Positions 19,867-28,137 of a stretch of DNA of 64,000 nucleotides are shown here, one piece after another. The stretch lies in contig CBDBMJ010000001.1 of assembly GCA_965207455.1 (NCBI GenBank), positions 1,024,001-1,088,000 of the forward strand, read 5' to 3'. Below the pieces are notes generated by a model. It saw only the letters and a program-made list of their open reading frames with translations, did not search any database and was not told the origin of the DNA. A program made the position numbers and the translations under genes. Numbering within the stretch: position 1 is the first letter of the stretch; each line of letters begins with the position of its first letter. This stretch comes from Bdellovibrionota bacterium. GTDB taxonomy: Bacteria > Bdellovibrionota > UBA1018 > CAIPTA01 > JAALKR01.

Positions 19867-20529
19867 ATGAAAATATTAAAATTAAACCTTAATGTACTGA
19901 TCTTTTTATGTACATTTTCCGTAACGGCACTGGCTGATTCACCAGAACAGGTTGGATCGCCGAAACAACAATCCGAGCGAGATACTGGTCCTCTGAAAAT
20001 GATGAGCGGTGATACCACTTGGTACAATGTGCTGAAAGAGGCTTTTGAAACAGCAGGAACAGTATCTAAAGAAGAGGTTGTTGGCTGGATGAGTGGACGA
20101 TGCTTCCCTGCAGATAATCCATATCGTGCTGAAAACTCATTACTGGTTGCAACTGAAGTTCGATACCACAGTGGTGGTCCTGCATTAGAAGGTGAGCATC
20201 ATTTTGCAATGTGGTGGGCTTCAAATCAAGGTGTAACTTATTTTGATTACATGTCCCAAAGAGAGATAATATCGACCAGAAACAGCTTAAATTGGATTTT
20301 TAGCAACGCTCAGAATCCATCGCAACAGTTTGATGGGAGCCTTATGATAACTTATTCTTCAAACTATCGGATGGATGGTCGGCACAAAAATGTGTTGAAT
20401 ACGGAATATATGCTTAGAAAGGGGTCAGTAGCAGGTTCAAAAAAACACTACCTTATTGCACGGATAACTCATGGAGAAGGTTCCGGTAAATTTTGTTATC
20501 AGTTTGAGCGACTTCGAGACGAATACTAG
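19867..20529 (+). CDS. Secreted protein, array family member 4 (chimeric)
   Basis: First ~65 codons nearly identical to member 1. Remainder nearly identical to member 5. Confidence 0.85.
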   Translation: MKILKLNLNVLIFLCTFSVTALADSPEQVGSPKQQSERDTGPLKMMSGDTTWYNVLKEAFETAGTVSKEEVVGWMSGRCFPADNPYRAENSLLVATEVRYHSGGPALEGEHHFAMWWASNQGVTYFDYMSQREIISTRNSLNWIFSNAQNPSQQFDGSLMITYSSNYRMDGRHKNVLNTEYMLRKGSVAGSKKHYLIARITHGEGSGKFCYQFERLRDEY

Positions 20530-20550
20530 TCCAATTGAATTGTTTCAATG

Positions 20551-20582
20551 AAAAATCCCCTCCATTATGAGGGGATTTTTTT
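20551..20582 (+). terminator. Intrinsic terminator
   Basis: aaaaatcccctc-cattat-gaggggattttttt. Confidence 0.85.
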
Positions 20583-20674
20583 AGCGTCATATTTGTTATA
20601 ACTACCTAGATCCCCTATTTCAGGGAAGTTGTCCGTTTAACGATCTCCGTGGGTGTTTTCGGTCGACTTTTTTC

Positions 20675-20934
20675 ATGAAAGCCATAACTGATACCACTAG
20701 CGAGGCTCCATGCTCTCTTGAAAAGCTAGTATTCCACTCACCAAGGGGAGTCAGTACTGTTCTACACAAGTGCGAGAGAGACTTAATTTATTGAGAATTA
20801 CTCAATCAATGTCGAGAAAGGGAAATGATAATGCTTATGCAGAAAGTTTTTTCCATACAATTAAAAATGAGCTAGGAAAGACAAAATTTAAGGATGTATC
20901 TGAGGCAAGGAGGACAGTTTTTGAATACATAAGT
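20675..20934 (+). pseudogene. IS3-family transposase C-terminal fragment (copy 1)
   Basis: GSQY, QSMSRKG, NAYAESFFHTIKNE. Frameshifted and truncated. Confidence 0.85.
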
Positions 20935-21328
20935 TTAATCCTAAATCTTTCCAACAAAGTCTCTGACATCAGAGTGGGTCCAAAGCCCTTATAAATTTTT
21001 GCACTAACGACCTTATTTATACGCTCCTTAAAATCATCCGTTAACTTTCTCATAATTTGGCTTTCCATATCGCTGAGAAGCTAAAGCACTAACACCATCC
21101 CTACGATATATCTTGAAAAGATAATTCATCCACACTCGACTTAAACTAAACTCCCTAGCAGCCTCTGATTGTGTCATCACTCCCAACATAACGCTCTGCA
21201 TTTCCCTCTCTATCCCCTACCTTTTTCATCATCTTAATCTCCTTTTCCATTGACGCGCCATCTCCATTAAATTGTTAAGAATAAAGAAAGTTATACACCG
21301 TGGCGTGAACTTTCTTTTTGCATCTACA
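20932..21328 (-). mobile_element. IS1202/ISNCY-like left-end remnant with longer degraded transposase (copy 3)
   Basis: TGTAG end, one subterminal repeat. Frameshifted MEKEIKMMKK...TQSEAARE and YKGFGPTLMSETL. Confidence 0.75.
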
Positions 21329-21424
21329 TGCGAAAAAACAATTGACATATCTATCCTTTTTCTTTAAAAGAATTAAAGTTAAGCAATAATGCTTAACATT
21401 AACTAATAAAAAGGAGAACAAAAA

Positions 21425-21935
21425 ATGAAAAAGAAAAATATAAACATTATGTACTTAATAATATGTGCACTTGCTATGCCAGTACTAGCTGAGGCTAATT
21501 ATTATAAGCTGGAGGATGCTTTTAATAAAGCGGGAACAGTATCTAAAGAAGAGGTTGTTGGCTGGATGAGTGGACGATGCTTCCCTACAGATAATCCATA
21601 TCGTGCTGAAAACTCATTACTGGTTGCAACTGAAGTTCGATACCACAGTGGTGGCCCCGCATTAGGAGGTGAGCATCACTATATGATGTGGTGGGCTTGG
21701 AACGAAGGTGCAACTTATTTTGATTACATGTCCCAAGGAGAGATAATATCGACCAGAAACAGCTTAAATTGGATTTTTAGCAACCTCAGAATTCGCAAGA
21801 GTTTTGGGAGCCTTATGATAACTTATTCTTCAAACCTCGGCACAAAAATGTGTTGAATAATATGCTTAGGGGTCAGTAGCAGGATTGCACGGATAAAGAA
21901 GGTTCCGGTAAATTAGTTTGACACCGAATACTGTG
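21425..21935 (+). pseudogene. Secreted protein, array family member 5, 3' part broken by clustered deletions (ORF stops at 21856)
   Basis: Own signal peptide. Body matches member 4 until ~21784, then many small deletions. Confidence 0.75.
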
Positions 21936-21943
21936 TTTCAATG

Positions 21944-21975
21944 AAAAATCCCCTCCATTATGAGGGGATTTTTTT
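21944..21975 (+). terminator. Intrinsic terminator (identical to 20551..20582)
   Basis: aaaaatcccctccattatgaggggattttttt. Confidence 0.85.
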
Positions 21976-22067
21976 AGCGTCATATTTGTTATAACTACCT
22001 AGATCCCCTATTTCAGGGAAGTTGTCCGTTTAACGATCTCCGTGGGTGTTTTCAGTCGACTTTTTTC

Positions 22068-22448
22068 ATGAAAGCCATAACTGATACCACTAGCGAGGCT
22101 CCATGCTCTCTTGAAAAGCTAGTATTCCACTCGACCAAGGGGAGTCAGTACTGTTCTACACAAGTGCGAGAGAGACTTAATTTATTGAGAATTACTCAAT
22201 CAATGTCGAGAAAGGGAAATGATAATGCTTATGCAGAAAGTTTTTTCCATACAATTAAAAATGAGCTAGGAAAGACAAAATTTAAGGATGTATCTGAGGC
22301 AAGGAGGACAGTTTTTGAATACATAAGATAATATAATCGAGAAAAACTGCATTCTTCGTTTGGGTATTTGAGTCCGATAGATTATGTTAGAAAAACAAAG
22401 CGCTGTGTTGTGTAAAAGTATCCTACACCTTGTATTTTTCACTTGACA
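22068..22448 (+). mobile_element. IS3-family remnant (copy 2): integrase C-terminus and probable right end
   Basis: MSRKG, AESFFHTIKNE, then REKLHSSFGYLSPIDY out of frame. Probable end ...cacttgaCA. Confidence 0.8.
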
Positions 22449-22536
22449 TTATATGAATGCACGCGATACATGGTAATAGGTAAGAGACGTGAAAAGACAT
22501 AAATAACTAAACTAAAATATAGAAGGGAATTAAAAA

Positions 22537-23511
22537 ATGAAAAGTAATATAAAATCACTACTAACCATCATGAGCATTCTAATACTAGGTGGAAGTTCTA
22601 GTTGGGCTGCCGACAACAGTAAAAAACCTGTTGCCGACGGTAAAAACCTTAGTGCCACAGCCTCTCCAAGTGTTGGGCTACAAACAGAGAGCACTCCAGG
22701 AACGGTAACTGCGACTATGCCAGAAAAAAAGGAAAATAAACCAGTATCTTTATACTATTCACTCTATTTTTCAGGTCCAAGCTTTACACATCTGGATGGA
22801 AAATCAGGTCCAGGAGCCTCACTTGGTATGCAGCACTATCTTGGTGGTTCTATGAAGCTAAGCTCCAACTGGAAACTGTCTCTTACAACACTCACAACCA
22901 ATACGCTATCCAGTGATTCTGTTTGGGACACATTTGCTTTTCAAAATCCATACCTTACTCTAAGCCGCTCTAATCTTTTAAACCAAGAAGATCATGGAAT
23001 GGGTTTTAGTGCTAACCTTAGGTACTATGTACCCACATCCTCAGGAACGTACGATAGTATTGGTACATCTAGCGATTCTGGAAATGGTACTCTTAGATTC
23101 TCTGTTGTTCCATCGAGAACTTTTTTCAAGGACGACAGCTTAAGCGTACGTTTAGAAAACCGATGGACAGTTCCTTTAGCTGTCTCCAACCTAGAAACAG
23201 GGGAGAGATTAGGATCTAAAGTCACAGAGCAGCGTGACCTTACATATACCTTAATTGCTAGTGCTGGCTATGATATGACTGACAACTTTCAACCATATTT
23301 AGTTTATCTTTCAAACACCAGCCACTATCAGAGTAAACAAGGTGCTGGCCGTGGCACATCATGGGAAGATAATCAGATACTTGAACTTGGTTTTGATTAT
23401 CAGCCTGCTGTTAAAGGTTTAAATTTAGGCATGTATGTGGACTTTCCCACAGCAGAAAAGACGTTCACTGAAGCTCAAATTGGTCTATACTTAGACTACA
23501 CAATGCTCTAA
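22537..23511 (+). CDS. Putative outer-membrane beta-barrel protein (paralog B)
   Basis: Signal peptide. Shares FSGPSFT, TNTLSSDSVWDTFAFQ, VPLAVS-LETGERL with 15705..16595. Terminal LYLDYTML. Confidence 0.65.
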   Translation: MKSNIKSLLTIMSILILGGSSSWAADNSKKPVADGKNLSATASPSVGLQTESTPGTVTATMPEKKENKPVSLYYSLYFSGPSFTHLDGKSGPGASLGMQHYLGGSMKLSSNWKLSLTTLTTNTLSSDSVWDTFAFQNPYLTLSRSNLLNQEDHGMGFSANLRYYVPTSSGTYDSIGTSSDSGNGTLRFSVVPSRTFFKDDSLSVRLENRWTVPLAVSNLETGERLGSKVTEQRDLTYTLIASAGYDMTDNFQPYLVYLSNTSHYQSKQGAGRGTSWEDNQILELGFDYQPAVKGLNLGMYVDFPTAEKTFTEAQIGLYLDYTML

Positions 23512-23539
23512 AAAGTTCATAAAAAGCACCGTATTTAAT

Positions 23540-23569
23540 AAAAAGCACTCCTAATGGGAGTGCTTTTTT
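23540..23569 (+). terminator. Intrinsic terminator
   Basis: aaaaagcactcc-taatg-ggagtgctttttt. Confidence 0.85.
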
Positions 23570-23584
23570 GGTTTTTGCTCCCTT

Positions 23585-24421
23585 ATGGAGTACAATTTCT
23601 ATATGGAGCACTGCTATATTCGACTTCAGGGACTTACTACTGGTCCCTACACAAAACAGAAAATTGAAGACCTGCTTAGCAAAGGGGATTTAAATCCCCA
23701 AACTCCTATTTTTTTCTCACAAAACCGCCAATGGAAACAAGCTCAAGATTGGCAAATATTTTACCCTCAAGCCAAACAGACCTCCTCCCTCCTGCCTCCT
23801 CCTAAATGGAAGAAACCTAGCACCGTCAAAAGAGTCCAATGGTGGGACAAAAAGAAAGTTTTTTTCGAACCAACGAAAGAAACTATTTCTCCACCCAAGG
23901 TTGTCGCCAAAAAAGCAATACCCAAAGCAACGCCCACTGTAGCGCCCGTTATTGCGCCTGTCATTCCTAAAAAGCTCCAAGAAAAAAAACCAGAGATTAT
24001 TATCAAAAAAGAAGCACCCAAGGCAACGCCCACTACTGTGCCTATTATTGCCAATGAGACACCTCTAAAAGAAGACCCTGTTTTTCTCGCTCTTCTAGAG
24101 GATGTGAGATCTTTACAAAAAGAACCTATTCCCTCTCTCGAACCCCTTCCCAATAGTGTTCTCTATACGAATAGACATCGAAATAAAATCGTTGTTTTAA
24201 CCACTGCTTTTTTTCTACTGATTACTGCCACTACACTCCAGTTTGTATTTAATCCAAGTACAGTAACCATGCCTCCTAAAGCAATAAGTAAGAAAACACC
24301 GGTTATCCCTTCCTCTAAAATCGTACAGAGCAATAGAAAAAAAATAAATACACCCACAGTGAGCATGGAATTTCCCAAGCTAAGAGCTCCTCTACGTCCC
24401 AAGCGTAGCCGAGCCCGATAA
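23585..24421 (+). CDS. GYF_2 (DUF4339) domain membrane protein
   Basis: TGPYTKQKIEDLLSKGDLNPQTPIF...WKQA, Pro/Lys linker, one TM helix. Confidence 0.7.
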   Translation: MEYNFYMEHCYIRLQGLTTGPYTKQKIEDLLSKGDLNPQTPIFFSQNRQWKQAQDWQIFYPQAKQTSSLLPPPKWKKPSTVKRVQWWDKKKVFFEPTKETISPPKVVAKKAIPKATPTVAPVIAPVIPKKLQEKKPEIIIKKEAPKATPTTVPIIANETPLKEDPVFLALLEDVRSLQKEPIPSLEPLPNSVLYTNRHRNKIVVLTTAFFLLITATTLQFVFNPSTVTMPPKAISKKTPVIPSSKIVQSNRKKINTPTVSMEFPKLRAPLRPKRSRAR

Positions 24422-24424
24422 AAA

Positions 24425-25318
24425 ATGGCTTTAAGAACTCGAAAAGAAACTCGTTCCGTAGTTCAAAAAATCCTTTCCTTACCCCGTCTGCTACTCATTT
24501 CTTTCTATTTAGGTATTGTGCTTCTTGGATGCAATCTATTCCAATATGCCTCTATTGTCGTACGTCCTTTTTCAAAAAAAACATTTCGTAGGATAAATCA
24601 CTTTATTGCCCATGTATTTTGGAAAGCCCTTTGCGACAGCTTAAAAAAATTCAATCACTACTCCATCAACTACTCTGGCGATCATTATCCAGAGAAGGAG
24701 AAAAAGAATATACTAATTATTGTAAACCACCAAGCCATCTGTGATATTCCCTTGATTCTCGACTTTGCCCATAGAAAAGGGTGCAAGGGCACGATTAAAT
24801 TTTTTCTGAAAGAATCCTTAAAATATATTCCGGGTGTGGGCTGGGGAGGACGGTTGCTGGAGTTTTTATTTGTAAAGCGTAATTGGACAAGGGATAAAAA
24901 GTTTGTACAACAAGTACTTCATTGCTACAGAGAATATGATGTACCCTATAGCATTGTTATTTTTCCAGAAAGCACGAGAATTACAGCAAAAAAACTCCAA
25001 CGCAGTCAACAGAGGGCCAAGGAAAAGGGTATTGGTATTGAAACAAAACAAGTGCTATCTCCCCGTGAAAAAGGATTTGTTACCACTCTCCAGTCTCTCC
25101 GCGACAATTTGGACATAGTCTATGACGTTACGATTTCCTATCCTGAGGGAGCCCCCACTCTCCTCCAATTACTTTCTGGAAATGGTGGACCTATAAATGT
25201 AGACGCGAAGGGTTATAATGTCGCAACGCTTCCTCTCAGTGAAGAAGCATTAACCACATGGCTACAGCAACGTTTCCAAGAAAAAGATAGCGCACTAGCA
25301 AACTTTGCTGCTATATAA
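24425..25318 (+). CDS. Lysophospholipid acyltransferase (PlsC/LCLAT-like)
   Basis: NHQAICD (HX4D), FLKESLKYIPGVGWG, FVKRNW, IFPESTR. Confidence 0.88.
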   Translation: MALRTRKETRSVVQKILSLPRLLLISFYLGIVLLGCNLFQYASIVVRPFSKKTFRRINHFIAHVFWKALCDSLKKFNHYSINYSGDHYPEKEKKNILIIVNHQAICDIPLILDFAHRKGCKGTIKFFLKESLKYIPGVGWGGRLLEFLFVKRNWTRDKKFVQQVLHCYREYDVPYSIVIFPESTRITAKKLQRSQQRAKEKGIGIETKQVLSPREKGFVTTLQSLRDNLDIVYDVTISYPEGAPTLLQLLSGNGGPINVDAKGYNVATLPLSEEALTTWLQQRFQEKDSALANFAAI

Positions 25319-25351
25319 TAAAGATTAAGAGGGAATGAGGGTAAATAATAA

Positions 25352-26281
25352 ATGAAAAAATTTAGCCATACCACCCAAACAGCCGATGGTGCAGCCCGTG
25401 CCTGGGTAGCCCCTGTACAGCTTGAAACTCTTTGGATCAATACGGGAACCTTATGTAACCTCACCTGTAAAAATTGTTATATTGAATCCAGCCCCCATAA
25501 CGACCGTCTAGTCTATATTACAACCAATGAACTCCGCACCTACTTGGACGAAATTAAAACTGAGAGCTATGGCACGAAAGAAATAGGTTTTACTGGAGGG
25601 GAGCCTTTTTTAAATCCCGATATGCTGGAAATGATAAAAGAGTGCTTAGAGCGTGGATTTGAAACTTTAATTTTATCCAATGCTATGAAGCCCATGCAAA
25701 ATCATTTTGAAGAACTCCTTGCCCTAAAAGAAAAATATCCCCAGCATCTTAAAATTCGAGTTTCTCTAGACCACTATAAAGAAGAAATGCATGCAAAGGA
25801 ACGTGGACCCAAAGCATGGAAGCCTGCACTAAAAGGATTAAAAGACCTTTCCCTACATAATTTTTCTATCAGTGTGGCTGGAAGGACTGCTTGGGAGGAA
25901 ACAGAGGATTCCATGCGACTCGGTTACCACCAACTATTTATGAAAGAAAATATCAATCTGGATGCCAGCAATCCAAATCTCTTGGTACTATTTCCAGAAA
26001 TGGACGTTAATGTAGATGTTCCAGAGATCACCACTAAATGCTGGGATACCTTAAACATTTCCCCTAAAAGTATTATGTGTGCCACTTCCAGAATGGTAGT
26101 AAAACGAAAGGGAGAGTCCCATCCCAAAGTGTTGGCCTGCACCCTACTTCCTTATGATAGGGAATTTGAAATGGGTTCCACATTAAAAGAATCCCTACGC
26201 CGTATATACCTAAACCACGTTCACTGTGCAAAATTTTGCGTACTGGGTGGTGCTTCCTGTAGCGTGCAAGAAACTCCCTAA
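25352..26281 (+). CDS. Radical SAM protein of unknown substrate
   Basis: CNLTCKNC, FTGGEPF, extra C-terminal Cys. Confidence 0.9.
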   Translation: MKKFSHTTQTADGAARAWVAPVQLETLWINTGTLCNLTCKNCYIESSPHNDRLVYITTNELRTYLDEIKTESYGTKEIGFTGGEPFLNPDMLEMIKECLERGFETLILSNAMKPMQNHFEELLALKEKYPQHLKIRVSLDHYKEEMHAKERGPKAWKPALKGLKDLSLHNFSISVAGRTAWEETEDSMRLGYHQLFMKENINLDASNPNLLVLFPEMDVNVDVPEITTKCWDTLNISPKSIMCATSRMVVKRKGESHPKVLACTLLPYDREFEMGSTLKESLRRIYLNHVHCAKFCVLGGASCSVQETP

Positions 26282-26388
26282 ATTCCTTCATAATACTACC
26301 TGCTTTACTGTTTTTTTTTACTATTCTTGACAGAATTTTAAATTAACGTTCATACTACATTATGAAGCAGTAAGGAGCGCCGTACACT

Positions 26389-28137
26389 TTGACGAAAAAT
26401 ACAATTACTTCCAGCAGTGCCGCAGAGTACTTTTCCAAGAATCTACAACAGGTGGGGTTTTCCTCTCCCATAAAAGCAGTACTCACCACCCTAAAGGAAT
26501 CAGTCGACAATGCTTTGGATGCTTGTGAATCTTACAATATTTTGCCAGAAATCAGTGTGGAGATCAGCAGGATCAGTAAAGGAACCACAAAAAACTCCGA
26601 TCTAATAGAAATCAAAGTTACGGATAATGGTCCCGGTATTGATCCTACCGACCTGGCCAAGGTGTTTGGTGAGTATTTAGCTTCCTCGAAATTTGGTCGC
26701 GGACAATGCTCCCGTGGTCAGCAAGGTATTGGTATTTCAGCTGCTGTTACCTGGGCCCAGCTTACCAACGCTAAGGGAGTGGTTGTAACTACGAAGACAA
26801 AGCGTATGAGAAAGGCTATAAAAGCTCTTGTAAACGTAAATATTAAGGGCAACGAAGGAATTATTAAAAAGAAAGAAACCATAGACTGGCATCAAGACCA
26901 TGGTACTTGTGTGCTGTTTCGTATTGACGGCAAGGTGCAACTAAAGGGTGACGGTGGTTTAATCACCTACCTGGAGGGCACCATCTTAGTCAATCCCCAC
27001 CTCACCTTACAATATAAATTATTAGACAATGAAACAGTCCATGCGAAGCGGGTATCCGATGAAATACCAAAAATTCCAGAACCTACCCTTCCCCATCCCC
27101 ACACCATGAAGTTGGGAGAATTTATGTCCCATGCCCATCTCCATGGAAAGGTACAGTTTAGAAAGTTCCTCCGAACTGGATTCTCTCGAATCACGGATCA
27201 AACCATAAAGGAATTGATAAAGAATGGGTTTCCTCGAAAGGTATTAGATACCCCCATACTCAAGCTCACCCAAGACGATTATAAAAAATGTTTTCAAGTG
27301 ATACAGGAAGCGAATCTGATGAGTCCCAGCACCCGTTCCGTACTGCGGGTAGGAGAGGAAGCTCTCTCCAAAAGTATTCAGCGACTGGGGCTAGTGGATT
27401 TCTTCAGTGTGGTGGCTAGACGGCCCTGTATTTGTGATTCTAAGCCTGTGGTAGTGGAGGTAGCTATTGCCCGTTTTAAGAATCGTGGTGGCGAGGCAGA
27501 TGACCCGGTCCAGCTCCTACGTTTTGCCAATCGAGTGCCTCTCCAGTTCGACAAATCTTCCTGCGCCATTACCAAAGCCATAGAAACGGTAAACTGGCGT
27601 TCCTATGGCCTACAACAGCCCAAGGGTTCCATCCCTCTGGGGCCCTATGTGGTGGCTGTGAGTATGGTTTCTCCATTTATTAAGTTTAAAAATGCGTCTA
27701 AAGAAACGATCGACGCCAGTGACGAGTTAGTGGAAGAAATTCGACGAGCCGTAATGCAAGCAGGACAACGCCTGTCCCGTCACATTAAGAAAGAGGATCG
27801 GGAGTCAGCGTTAGAAAAAAAATTACAGCATATTGAAAAATTTGGACCCCTACTGATCAGTATTTTGGGTAGGATCACAAAGTCACCTGCAAAGCGCATT
27901 AAGAAAGCAGAGGCTGGACTCAAAAAAATACTGGGACGGGATACAAAGGAAGCGAAAAAAGATTTGGCAGAGGCAGCACAAAAATTAGATAAATTACATG
28001 AAAGACACACCCACCTTACTGTGGATTCCAAACCAGAAGAACAGAAACCAGAAGAACAGAAAAGTAACAAGAAAACCAAAAAGAAGGGAAAGCATGGCAC
28101 TACTAAAGGTAAGAAAACTAGAAAAAGACATTCCTAA
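26389..28137 (+). CDS. top6B: DNA topoisomerase VI subunit B
   Basis: GHKL motifs KESVDNALDA, DNGPGI, SKF...SRGQQGIGIS, and RFANRVPL, WRSYGL. Confidence 0.95.
   Translation: MTKNTITSSSAAEYFSKNLQQVGFSSPIKAVLTTLKESVDNALDACESYNILPEISVEISRISKGTTKNSDLIEIKVTDNGPGIDPTDLAKVFGEYLASSKFGRGQCSRGQQGIGISAAVTWAQLTNAKGVVVTTKTKRMRKAIKALVNVNIKGNEGIIKKKETIDWHQDHGTCVLFRIDGKVQLKGDGGLITYLEGTILVNPHLTLQYKLLDNETVHAKRVSDEIPKIPEPTLPHPHTMKLGEFMSHAHLHGKVQFRKFLRTGFSRITDQTIKELIKNGFPRKVLDTPILKLTQDDYKKCFQVIQEANLMSPSTRSVLRVGEEALSKSIQRLGLVDFFSVVARRPCICDSKPVVVEVAIARFKNRGGEADDPVQLLRFANRVPLQFDKSSCAITKAIETVNWRSYGLQQPKGSIPLGPYVVAVSMVSPFIKFKNASKETIDASDELVEEIRRAVMQAGQRLSRHIKKEDRESALEKKLQHIEKFGPLLISILGRITKSPAKRIKKAEAGLKKILGRDTKEAKKDLAEAAQKLDKLHERHTHLTVDSKPEEQKPEEQKSNKKTKKKGKHGTTKGKKTRKRHS

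Noticed and set aside
16865..21330. Repeated segments as a CRISPR array
   Set aside because: Repeats are kilobases apart, contain IS-end features and lack regular spacers. No cas genes are present.
19867..21856. Members 4 and 5 as a diversity-generating retroelement TR/VR pair
   Set aside because: Mismatches are not adenine-specific and no reverse transcriptase is present in the window.
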